The notes beneath the pieces were generated by a model. The model worked only from the letters and a program-made list of their open reading frames with translations, was not told the DNA's origin and did no database searches. A stretch of 32,247 bases of DNA from Nitrospinae bacterium CG11_big_fil_rev_8_21_14_0_20_56_8 (GTDB taxonomy: Bacteria > Nitrospinota > Nitrospinia > Nitrospinales > VA-1), in contig PCWF01000189.1 of the NCBI GenBank assembly GCA_002796165.1, forward strand, positions 1 through 32,247, in the 5' to 3' direction. Below, piece by piece: positions 17,113-26,500 of this stretch (its first letter is position 1; every line of letters starts with the position of its first letter). Made by a program: the position numbers and the translations under genes.

Positions 17113-17332
17113 TTTACTGCCTAGCGCAAGAGTCGATCCGGCCCTTGGTCCCTGGTTTTTTCCGGCTTGGAAAATCGTGGGGTAAACGAGGTGATTTTGG
17201 GGTCAATTGCCTCGCCCTTTTGACCGTTAAGCCACTCAGTGAAAATAATCGCTCATTGGTTATTGAGACTTCTAGACCACCGGTCAATTTCCACCTGATC
17301 CAGTTCCAAACCCAGCTTAAAGGCATGATCGC

Positions 17333-18358
17333 ATGAATCCTCAAAAGGTTTATTTTAAGTATCTTGGGATTCGCCTGGTCAGGCGGATTTTGGAAAATCC
17401 GATATTTTCCCAAAATCCTTATTTCAGAGATTTTGTAAGGAAATTATCCCTGAGGAAAGCCAAAAGGCTTCAGAAAAGAACCTTTGACGGTTCCTTTGCC
17501 CCTTGGGCGGTTGAAATCGAACTCACCAATGGATGTAACATCGAATGTGTCTTTTGCCCGAATCCCGAGCATGTCCGCCCCAAGGGGATGATGTCCCTGG
17601 AAACGTTCCAACGGATCGCAAGTGAAATTAAAAAATTAAACGTTCCTCATATTATCATCAGCGGATTTGGCGAGCCCACTCTGGACAAAAATCTTGTAAG
17701 CAAACTTGAACATTTTAAGACCATAGGAATTTCAAGCGAGGTGATGCTCGTCAGCAACGGGACCATATTCAATCCTGAAATCCTGAAGGAAATCTGCGAC
17801 CGTGAACTTGTGGATATTATCAGCATCAGCGTGGATGCCGGGGATGAGGAATCGTACGTTGAAATCCACAAAAAGGAGGGATATGCAAAGATCCGGGCAA
17901 GTGTGGAATATATCGCCGAGTTGAAACTGAAGAAGGGTTCTTCCAAGCCTAAGGTGGATTTGCGCTATAAGGATTTTTATATGAACAAAGGCCAAATCCA
18001 CAAATTCATCGAAACGTTTTCGTCACATTCCGACAAGATGTCGATTTACGCCAATATATGCACCTGGCCCGGGGCGGATTCCAAAATCAAGGCAGTCGAT
18101 AAAGAAACCCTGATCAAAATTGTATGTCCCAGCCTGTATCAGGGCATGAGAATCAACTGGAATGGCGATGTTGTTATTTGTCCGCAGGATTACGAAGCCC
18201 ACGCCATCTGCGGCAATATCCTCAAGGAGTCGATGTTGGAAATTTGGAATGGCGAGGTTCTAAGCAAATACCGGAAAATGCATGAAAACTACCAATTTAA
18301 TGAAATCCCGGTCTGTAAAGATTGCGATATCAACACCCACCTCTTGGTTCCCCTTTAA
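17333..18358 (+). CDS. Radical SAM enzyme with Cys-rich C-terminal SPASM/twitch-like extension
   Basis: 341-aa ORF. The cluster motif is TNGCNIECVFC (CxxxCxxC). The C-terminal region has CPSLYQGMRINWNGDVVIC (CX12GX4C), then ICGN and VCKDC just before the stop. This is only part of the full seven-Cys SPASM pattern. Confidence 0.8.
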   Translation: MNPQKVYFKYLGIRLVRRILENPIFSQNPYFRDFVRKLSLRKAKRLQKRTFDGSFAPWAVEIELTNGCNIECVFCPNPEHVRPKGMMSLETFQRIASEIKKLNVPHIIISGFGEPTLDKNLVSKLEHFKTIGISSEVMLVSNGTIFNPEILKEICDRELVDIISISVDAGDEESYVEIHKKEGYAKIRASVEYIAELKLKKGSSKPKVDLRYKDFYMNKGQIHKFIETFSSHSDKMSIYANICTWPGADSKIKAVDKETLIKIVCPSLYQGMRINWNGDVVICPQDYEAHAICGNILKESMLEIWNGEVLSKYRKMHENYQFNEIPVCKDCDINTHLLVPL

Positions 18359-18377
18359 TCTTCCCGCGCTGGACCCG

Positions 18378-18395
18378 TCTCCAATTTTTGGAGCA
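18378..18395. promoter_or_regulatory. Palindromic motif TCTCCAATTTTTGGAGCA (copy 2)
   Basis: It lies 20 nt after the SPASM gene stop. A 6-bp CTCCAA/TTGGAG stem with a TTT loop is possible, but no U-run follows. Confidence 0.25.
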
Positions 18396-18551
18396 GGGCA
18401 GGGCTCTTTTGTACGGGCGGATTTCTAATAATCCGTTTAAAACCAATTTGTTTCCTGTGTTGTTGCTTGCGCGCCGGGCAGGGGATGAAAGATCCATTTG
18501 TGTTGACTTTCAGGCGAAAATGGGTAAATTGTTCTCGAAAAGGGGGGAACG

Positions 18552-19433
18552 ATGAAAATTTTATTATTGGGTGCGACCGGGTACTTGGGGGGCCAAGTAG
18601 TTGCCAATTTGGGCTTTGCGGACCGAGTCCGGTGTCTAGTCCGGAAAACCAGCAACGTTTCTTCCCTCACGGCACCCAATATTGAGTTGTTTTATGGTGA
18701 TTTAACGGATAAGGATTCCCTCGACCCGGCGATGGAAGGGATCGATATCGTCGTCCATACCGTCAAAGCGTCGACGATGGACAAGGAGGAGCAGTACAAG
18801 GTAAATGTTACTGGAACGCAGAATGTTCTCGATTTATGCCTCAGACATAATATTAAAAAATTGATTTACATCAGCGCGGTCGGGGTGATCTACAAAGAGG
18901 AACACCATAATGATTACATTAAGTCAAAAATCCAGGCTGAGGACCGAGTAATCAAAGCCGGCCTGAATTCCATCATTCTCCGTTCTCCCCTGATTTATAA
19001 CCAGAACAGTTTGCTGGTTAAAATCGTCAAATTGTTTTCCCGATTTCCGGTTCTGATTCTTCCTGAAACCATGTTCGATTACCGCTTTCAACAGCCCGTG
19101 TATATTGACGATATGGTTCAAACCCTGGTGAAGGCGATTTTAACTGACGATTTCAAAAAAAATCATCCCTATTTTGTGACCGGGCCCAGCAGTCCCCGCC
19201 TTTCAGAATTGATCGACTGGTGTACCATTTATCCCTTCAGACCCTTGAAAATCAGAATGCCCTTGGCGTGCTTAAAACTTTTCCAGGGTATTTTACGTAA
19301 CCCCTCGATTCAAAATTTTCTTTCATCTCAGAAGGAGTTTTATCAATTTGATTTGAAAGAATGTAGGGAAGATTTCGATTACCGTCCGAGGGAAATTTGC
19401 GAGGTAATCACCGGGACAGCAAAAATCACCTGA
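18552..19433 (+). CDS. NAD(P)-binding SDR-family protein (atypical/NmrA-like epimerase-reductase)
   Basis: 293-aa ORF with a strong G-rich SD (AAAGGGGGGAACG ATG). Motifs are MKILLLGATGYLGGQVV and YIKSK (YxxxK). Confidence 0.8.
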   Translation: MKILLLGATGYLGGQVVANLGFADRVRCLVRKTSNVSSLTAPNIELFYGDLTDKDSLDPAMEGIDIVVHTVKASTMDKEEQYKVNVTGTQNVLDLCLRHNIKKLIYISAVGVIYKEEHHNDYIKSKIQAEDRVIKAGLNSIILRSPLIYNQNSLLVKIVKLFSRFPVLILPETMFDYRFQQPVYIDDMVQTLVKAILTDDFKKNHPYFVTGPSSPRLSELIDWCTIYPFRPLKIRMPLACLKLFQGILRNPSIQNFLSSQKEFYQFDLKECREDFDYRPREICEVITGTAKIT

Positions 19434-19766
19434 CTTGGGGTGACTCGACCTTTGTATAAAAGTTAAGTGAGACCCTCCGGCCTGGTGAGGAAAACGTTGA
19501 ATTCGGGAGAATAACACATTTCTCATTCCTTTAATCCCGCGCGTTTTGGGATGCCACCCGGTTCCCCATCATTAAGAATCTCTGGGTTTATTCCGATGAA
19601 GAGTGTGGCGTCATTCTAAAGATTGATCCTGTTTTTTGACATGTTTCTATTCATGTAATGTACGGCATCCCCGGGTGTCATTTCTCACGTTTCTTTTCTG
19701 GTTAAGGGATCCTTGGTTAGCTCGTTCCATTAACTTAAAATACTTTTGCCGTATAGGGTGGTGCGA

Positions 19767-21140
19767 ATGAAACTTTCAGTAATCGGTTTGGGAAAATTGG
19801 GTGCGTGCACAGCGGCGTGTTTCGCTTATAAGGGGATACCCACCATCGGGGTTGATATCAATGCCGATTCTGTAAACGCGATCAATGCGGGCAAGGCGCC
19901 AGTATTTGAACCGCGTCTTCAGGAGTTGATCCAGGCCGCGGGCGACCGGCTTGAGGCGACTCTGGATTTTGACAGGGCCATCCAGGATTCAGAGGTTACG
20001 TTTATTGTGGTGCCCACCCCCAGTAGGGATGACGGACATTTTTCCAATGCTTTTGTCGAAGAGGCGCTGGCCGACCTGGCCTCGGCGTTAAAGAAAGTCA
20101 GAAAAAAGTATCATCTGTTTGTCATCACATCGACGGTTTCCCCCGGGGTGATTGAAGGAGAATTGATTCCCCTGGTGGCATCGGTTTCGGGAAAAAAGGT
20201 CAACAAGGATTTTGGTTTTTGCTACAACCCCGAATTCATTGCCCTGGGAAGCGTGATTTCGGATTTTCTGAATCCGGATCTCGTACTGATTGGCGAAAGT
20301 GACCCGAAAGCCGGGGATCTGCTTTCCCGGATTTATGAAAAAGTTTGCGATAACAAGCCCCAGATCTCCCGCATGTCGATTCCCAGTGCGGAAGTCACCA
20401 AAATCAGCCTGAATTCGTTTGTCACTATGAAAATCAGTTTTGCCAACACGCTTGCGAATATTTGTGAAAGGATTCCCGGCGCCAACATCGATGACATCAC
20501 GCGGGCTTTGGGAGCGGACAAGCGCATTTCTCCCTTTTACCTCAGAGGAGGCTTGAGTTTTGGCGGGCCCTGTTTCCCCCGTGATAATAAGGCGTTTTCC
20601 GCGTTTGCCCGGGAGGCGGGGGTGGACGCCTTTCTGGCCCAGGCCACCGATGAGGTCAATGAGGTTCAGGTGGACCGGGTGGCCGAGAAAATCCTCCAGG
20701 ACCTTCCCAATCACAAAAAGCCGGCGGTTGCCATTCTGGGTTTGAGCTACAAACCCAATACCCCTGTTATCGAAGAGTCTCCCAGCATCAAGATCATTGA
20801 AAAACTGCTTCAGGCCAAGGACCTGCTGGTCGAGGTTTATGATCCGGTGGCCCTTGAAAATACCAGGGCCCATTTTGGCGACCGGGTCCGATATTCTACC
20901 TCGCTGGAGGAGTGCGTGGGGTCCTCTCCCATTTGCGTGGTGGCCACGCCGGACAAGGCGTTTCGGAATTTGCGCCGCGAATGGTTCCGTTTCCAACCCA
21001 CGACGATTTTCGATTGCTGGCGGATTCTGGATCGGGTTGCCCTGGGAAATGGAATTCGCTATCTTCCCCTCGGGATTTCGGTGCAAAACAGTCCTGGGGT
21101 TTTTGATCGGCCCGTCAAATTGGTCGGCAAAAGCCGGTGA
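19767..21140 (+). CDS. UDP-glucose/GDP-mannose dehydrogenase family nucleotide-sugar 6-dehydrogenase
   Basis: The ORF track starts at a TTG at 19746. I prefer the ATG at 19767 (MKLSVIGLGKLG), which is preceded by AGGGTGG. Motifs are VIGLGKLG, NPEFIALGSVISDFLNPDLVLIG and the catalytic-Cys block FGGPCFPRDNKA. Confidence 0.9.
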   Translation: MKLSVIGLGKLGACTAACFAYKGIPTIGVDINADSVNAINAGKAPVFEPRLQELIQAAGDRLEATLDFDRAIQDSEVTFIVVPTPSRDDGHFSNAFVEEALADLASALKKVRKKYHLFVITSTVSPGVIEGELIPLVASVSGKKVNKDFGFCYNPEFIALGSVISDFLNPDLVLIGESDPKAGDLLSRIYEKVCDNKPQISRMSIPSAEVTKISLNSFVTMKISFANTLANICERIPGANIDDITRALGADKRISPFYLRGGLSFGGPCFPRDNKAFSAFAREAGVDAFLAQATDEVNEVQVDRVAEKILQDLPNHKKPAVAILGLSYKPNTPVIEESPSIKIIEKLLQAKDLLVEVYDPVALENTRAHFGDRVRYSTSLEECVGSSPICVVATPDKAFRNLRREWFRFQPTTIFDCWRILDRVALGNGIRYLPLGISVQNSPGVFDRPVKLVGKSR

Positions 21141-21167
21141 AGGTGTTTTCTGGGAGAAAAAGGTGAT

Positions 21168-22253
21168 ATGGAAAACAACGTTACCCCTTTGGTCAGTATA
21201 GTAAACGTTACCTGGAATGGCAGGAGTCTTCTTGAAAAACATCTTCCCAGCCTGGCCGGTCTCCATTATTCCAATTTTGAAGTGATTATTGTTGATAATG
21301 GGTCCACGGATGGAAGCGTGGAATTCGTCCGCGAACATTATCCTCGGTTCAAAATCGTTGCCAATGAAATCAACCTGGGTACCGCCGAGGGGAGCAATGT
21401 GGCCATCCCCGTTGCCCGGGGTAAGTATATTTTCTGGGTCAGTAACGATATGGAATTCGATCCCGATATCGTCGATCATCTTGTGGCGCGTTGCGAATCG
21501 GATCCCCGGATCGGGATTTGCACGGTTAAAATGAGGAGAATAAAGGACGAGCAGTTGGTCGATGAGATCGATAGCGTGGGGGCCGATCTGGACATTTTCG
21601 GGTTTCCGGCCTCGCGGGGAATCGACGAAGAGGACCGGGGCCAATTGGACTATTCGACGAACGTCTGTTTTTCCTTTGGCGGCGCCATGATGATCCGGAA
21701 AGACGTTCTTGAAATTACGGGAGGTTATGACCCCTCCTTTCTCACCCTTGCAGACGATATCGACCTTTCCTGGAGAGTCTGGTTGGCTGGTTACCGAGTC
21801 GTGGTGGAACCGAAGGCGTTTCTCTATCACCGGGTTAGTGCGACTTTGGGCAAGACGCATAATCGGGCGCAGAAGCGGTTTATCTCGGAGCGGAACACTT
21901 TGCGCACGTTGTTAAAGAACTATTCCACCGGGGTCCTCTTTTTTATCCTTCCGGTTTATTTCCTTCTTTTGATAATGGAAATGACGTTTTTCCTTGCTGT
22001 CGGGCGTCCTCAGATTGCGGTTTCCGGCATAAGGGCAATTCGATGGAACCTTGACCGATTGAAAGAAACCCTGCTCCTCCGAAAAGAGGTTCAGTCTTTC
22101 CGCAAGATTGGGGACGCGAAGATCCTCTCCATGCGCAAAAAATTCCCGGAGAAATTCAGGATCTTCCTCGATTATCTGAAATACCGCAATACCCCTCGCT
22201 GGAAAGGATATATGGGAACCGGAATCGGCGCCCAATCTTTGAAAAATGGCTGA
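21168..22253 (+). CDS. Glycosyltransferase family 2 (WbbL/rhamnosyltransferase-like), C-terminal hydrophobic segment
   Basis: 361-aa ORF with VSIVNVTWNGRSLLEKHLPSL...FEVIIVDNGSTDGS, DDIDLSWRVWLAGYRVV, and then a hydrophobic VLFFILPVYFLLLIMEMTFFLAV. Confidence 0.85.
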   Translation: MENNVTPLVSIVNVTWNGRSLLEKHLPSLAGLHYSNFEVIIVDNGSTDGSVEFVREHYPRFKIVANEINLGTAEGSNVAIPVARGKYIFWVSNDMEFDPDIVDHLVARCESDPRIGICTVKMRRIKDEQLVDEIDSVGADLDIFGFPASRGIDEEDRGQLDYSTNVCFSFGGAMMIRKDVLEITGGYDPSFLTLADDIDLSWRVWLAGYRVVVEPKAFLYHRVSATLGKTHNRAQKRFISERNTLRTLLKNYSTGVLFFILPVYFLLLIMEMTFFLAVGRPQIAVSGIRAIRWNLDRLKETLLLRKEVQSFRKIGDAKILSMRKKFPEKFRIFLDYLKYRNTPRWKGYMGTGIGAQSLKNG

Positions 22254-23523
22254 CCTCCTGCAGATTCTGAAATCAAAAACCGTTTTGGTCGTGGGGCAAC
22301 TCAAGACCAGCCGGACGGAAACTCTTGAAGAGTATTTAAAGGGGAAGGTCGGGGGCCTTTACGTATTTGGATTTTCCAGCCCGATGTCCAGGAAAGGGTT
22401 CGGGCGTCTCACGCAATACCATTCCGCAGAAAAAGTCCGGGAAAAACCGCTGAGTATTTTCTCCACTCCCAATCATAAGGGAACCACCGGCCCTGCGGTT
22501 CTGATTTCATTTTTTCTGACGGCGCTCCAGTTTTTTCGATGTTTTTTCAAGCTTCCTTCCCGGCCCGAGGTTTTTATCGGCGTGGCCACCTATTCTACGG
22601 TGCTTGGGATTCTCCTGAAAAAATTCAATTGTGTGGATCGTGTTATTTTTTACTGTCTTGATTATTCCGTTCCTTCCACGGCTCATTGGTTCGCAAATAT
22701 GTTTATCCATGCTCTGCGGCGGGTGGATGCCTGGGTGATCAAGAATTCCGATATGGTCTGGGACATTACTTCCCGAATTGGCGAGGCCAGGAAAAATTTT
22801 GATCGAATCCCTCTGGAATCGTATAACCCGATTGTGGTCCCCTTGGGATACGGAGAGGGGATAGAAAGATTTCGCCCGTTTGAGGAGAGGGAGAGGTGGA
22901 CCCTGGGGTTTGTGGGCACCCTTTCGTCCAACCAGGGGTTGGAGCTGATTGTGGATTCTCTTCCGGAGTTGAAATTAAAAATTCCTCAAATCAAATTGAG
23001 GATCATTGGGGACGGTCCGGCGTGGGAAAATATTCAGATGATGGTTCGGGAAAGGGGGGTTCAGGACTGCGTTGTTTTTCACGGATTTATACAGGACGAT
23101 GAAGAGGTTTATGACCTTCTGTCCCATTGTATGATCGGGTTGGCGGTGTGGACGGGAGGGGCGGATGATAATTCTCATTTTGCGGACCCTGGGAAGCCGA
23201 AACTTTATGCCCTCCTTGGGCTTCCGATTGTTATCACGGATGCCCCTCAAGTGTCCGAAGTGATAAAAGAAACCAATGCGGGAAGGGTGATCCGGTATGA
23301 TCGGAAGGCCTTTGTCAATGCGGTGGAGGAAATCCTCCTTTCAACGGAGGAACTGGGAAAATGCCTGGAGGGGCTCAGGTCATTTAAAAGCTACTGCAGA
23401 GCGGAACAGATTTTTGACGAGGCGACAACGGAGACCATGAAACGTTGGAAACAATTTACCGATAAACCTGCTTCCCCGAAATTTACAGGATTTTCCCTCC
23501 AGTCGGATTTAAACAGAAGATAA
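22246..23523 (+). CDS. Glycosyltransferase, GT-B fold (GT4-like)
   Basis: 425-aa ORF. Its ATG overlaps the upstream GT2 stop by 8 nt (ATGGCTGA). The C-terminal Rossmann half is LGFVGTLSSNQGLELIV...LRIIGDGP...VVFHGFI...GKPKLYALLGLPIV. Confidence 0.75.
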   Translation: MADLLQILKSKTVLVVGQLKTSRTETLEEYLKGKVGGLYVFGFSSPMSRKGFGRLTQYHSAEKVREKPLSIFSTPNHKGTTGPAVLISFFLTALQFFRCFFKLPSRPEVFIGVATYSTVLGILLKKFNCVDRVIFYCLDYSVPSTAHWFANMFIHALRRVDAWVIKNSDMVWDITSRIGEARKNFDRIPLESYNPIVVPLGYGEGIERFRPFEERERWTLGFVGTLSSNQGLELIVDSLPELKLKIPQIKLRIIGDGPAWENIQMMVRERGVQDCVVFHGFIQDDEEVYDLLSHCMIGLAVWTGGADDNSHFADPGKPKLYALLGLPIVITDAPQVSEVIKETNAGRVIRYDRKAFVNAVEEILLSTEELGKCLEGLRSFKSYCRAEQIFDEATTETMKRWKQFTDKPASPKFTGFSLQSDLNRR

Positions 23524-26500
23524 ATTCTCCGGTCCTAATTCGGGGTTTGGTTTAAGTCCTTCCGTCCTTCTTGGAATCATGCAAACGTGAATCCCGATCC
23601 CCACGAGCAAGAGATATATTCCATCCACGGCTAATACCTCCGCCAACTGGATTTTCCCGATTTCATACAGCCAGAAACCCAGGAATACGGAAAAGGGAAA
23701 TGCAAGAATGTACTTGGTCTCATATTTTTCATAAATCAGCGAACTGAGGGTTGGCCAGTATTTGTCGACCCGGTCCCGTATGGCCAGTACGAAACTCCGC
23801 CAAGCCAAAATACTGAAAAGCGGTGCAAAAGAAAAAAACGATTCTTCCAGGCCGAGTTCTCTTGAAAAGTGGTACTCATGCAACCCAAATGAAATTCCCG
23901 TCCATACCAGGGTTTGCCCAGGGTAGCCGAAGAGCCAATTCATGATGTTGTTCTTCCAGTAAAGATAAAAGTAGCCGAGTGAAATTAAAGGAAGGATCAT
24001 TTCAGACCGTTTGGCTCCAGTTACGCCTCCCAGATTCGCCATAACATATCCGATGACCAGCAGACTGAAAATCAAGAGGGCGGTGGGCGTGTCCGGATTT
24101 TGTGGGAAGAGGAATTTGTTTCTGGGTAAACCCCTTTCGGAGGGATCGGTCCTCCAGCGGAATTCATGCCAAACCACCCCTAAAACCAAAATCGCGGTGG
24201 ACCAAAAAAAGGTGGAACCCACCTGAATGGGCCGCCCGAGAACGGTGACGATGCTACCGCTTGAATTTCCCGCCAGCAACAATCCGGGTACGAGGGCAAT
24301 AAAACCGATTGCCCGGTTGAGGGTGACTCGGTTGTGGAGAGCCCATTGATACCAACGATTGAGTTGGTTACGAGCCGTTTCAAATTGCCTGGAAAATTTT
24401 TGCGTGAACATACGTGCAATTTTGAATGTCCCAAGTCGGTACAAAAGAACGATTATTAAGGCGATAACCGTTACTATTTGGAGGTTGAGCACCGCATTCG
24501 AGGGGGGAGATCCCGAGCCCCATTGGTTTTTTGAGGTTGCTTTGACTTTTCCGGAATAAAAGATGGAAAGAGATACGGATTTTTGAAGGAGGAGTTGCTG
24601 AACTCGGAAAAAAGGATGCTCCCAATAATGAAGCCGGGTTTTGTTTGTGGTCTCATCATAGTTGATGTCCAGATCGTTCAACTGGATCCAAAACCCATTG
24701 CCCAACAGGGTTTGGGCTTCAATATTCTTGAAGGAATCGGGCAAGGGGTAAATATACTGGTTTTCAAGATGGACCATATGATGTCGGAGCAGATCTTTTC
24801 TGGGTGAAAACAAGTGACTCCCGCTGAGTTTGGCTTTAATGCTGAATTCTGCGAGGCCCAGGTGCTCGATAAAGCTTTCTGATGCGGATCCCAGGTCTAC
24901 GGACCATTGAATTTTTTTAACCTGATCGTCGGGATGGATTTGTTCAAAAAAGATTTCGTTTAAAGGGATGTAAAAATTACTTTCGAGAGTGTTCCATGTT
25001 GGCGTAACAATACTACAATGGACGTTTGAGTTGGAGCCAGAACCGGTGACCAGGGAGAGTTTCAACCAGCAGGGAGAATCGAAATTGAGATCTTTGGGAA
25101 GTTTATAGGTCACCCATAGGCCCGACACCTTGCTGAAAGGAACGTTGATAGGTGTTTCCCAATGCACCGCCGGAAATTTGTTTTTCTCCCGGTCATACTT
25201 AACTGCCGCAATAAGGTTGTTGTTTTTGAATGAAATCCCAATCTCCGGGCTTAAACCCGGGGTAGTAGTGGGTTCAAGAACCAGGTTTTCGTCGAACAGA
25301 AGAGGCTCGTCCAATGCATCCTTCTTGGTTATATAAGTGGGCGTGAATAGAATAATTTCATTTAAGGTCAGGGTGGAGGATTCATTCTTAAAATTAAACC
25401 GAAGAGTAAATCCGAGCAAACGTCCGGTTGGCAACTCCAATTCATTGGCCTTCAGAGGCAAAATGGCTCGAGACTTCTGGGGGCCGGCCTCATGAACGGG
25501 AAAAAAATCTATCGAGGATATTTCCTGGATCCCCTCGCTAATATCAATAAAGAATTTGGTATCCGGGGTGACTTGGATATCTTTTGAAAAATGCATTTCC
25601 AGCCATTCTCCTTCCCCCTTGACCACCAATCCTTTTTGATTTTGGTCGAATCTGTCGAATTTATTCTTATAGGTCAGGTCTAAAAATTTTGGTCCATAAC
25701 TGATATTCAGGGGGTAGCGGATTTTCCCGAAAGAAATCTTGTTTGATTTTAACCCTATGGGGTCAAAAATCTGTCGTGAGTCATTTTCGCTTCTTACTTT
25801 TTCAAGAGTGAAAGATATTCGCCCTTTCAGATTTCCTGTAATAAAGTTCTGTGAAGTATTTTGTTTGGCAAGGGGCAAGGAAGTTTTCTTGGTGCGCGAT
25901 TCGAGGGAAGTTGAAATGCCCGGGTCTTCAGGTTTTTTTGAACTCTTAGAAGTAACTTTTTTATTTTTTCCGGTGTTGGCTTCCCCGGTGGACGATTCCA
26001 TGGAGGTAGAAGGGGCAGTCTCTTCGGGTTTTTCTAAATTTTTAGAAATAACTTTTTCATCGTTGCTTGCCAGGGAAAGCACCGGGTTGCCAAGGGCCCG
26101 GATGGCCATAAGCGGAAATGAGTCCCCCCTTTTTACTTTAACCAGAATTTGTTTGTCTGGAAGAATGCTGTGGGAACCTTGGATTTCAATTTTAAAAGGA
26201 CCTTCCAGATTATAAGTCAAGATAAATTCCTGATCCGATTTTGCTGGAGCGGGGTCCATGATCTGGGCATTGACAACGCCCTTTTTAGAAAGGAACAACA
26301 GATCAACCACCAGTTTTTCCCATTCCGATTTGACCCTGAAATATCCCCCTTCCTTGCCAGTCAGTTTTAAGCCGCGAGGACCTGAAAAAACCGACTGGTA
26401 TCCTATTGTCTCCGGGACATTCTTGAATCCGAATTGAAAATTGATTTTAGGCCATTCAACTTTTTCCTCTTCTATTTTGGGAGGTAAAAATGGGCCTCCC

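Noticed and set aside
10580-17332. Searched the leaders of the B12-dependent radical SAM genes (10580-11094, 16568-17332) for a cobalamin riboswitch and for SAM riboswitch cores
   Set aside because: I found no B12-box-like element (no ...GACCTGCC...-type core). There is only an isolated GCCACTC at about 17231, without the flanking CCCGC and GGTGAAAATCC-type elements. No SAM-I-like conserved core was found either.
20088-21860. 590-codon minus-strand ORF spanning the dehydrogenase gene, the intergenic gap and the GT2 gene
   Set aside because: It is antisense to two genes with strong family motifs. Its translation is Arg/Gly/Asn/Pro-rich with no recognisable domain. Long mirror ORFs arise when the sense genes avoid TTA, CTA and TCA codons in the matching register.
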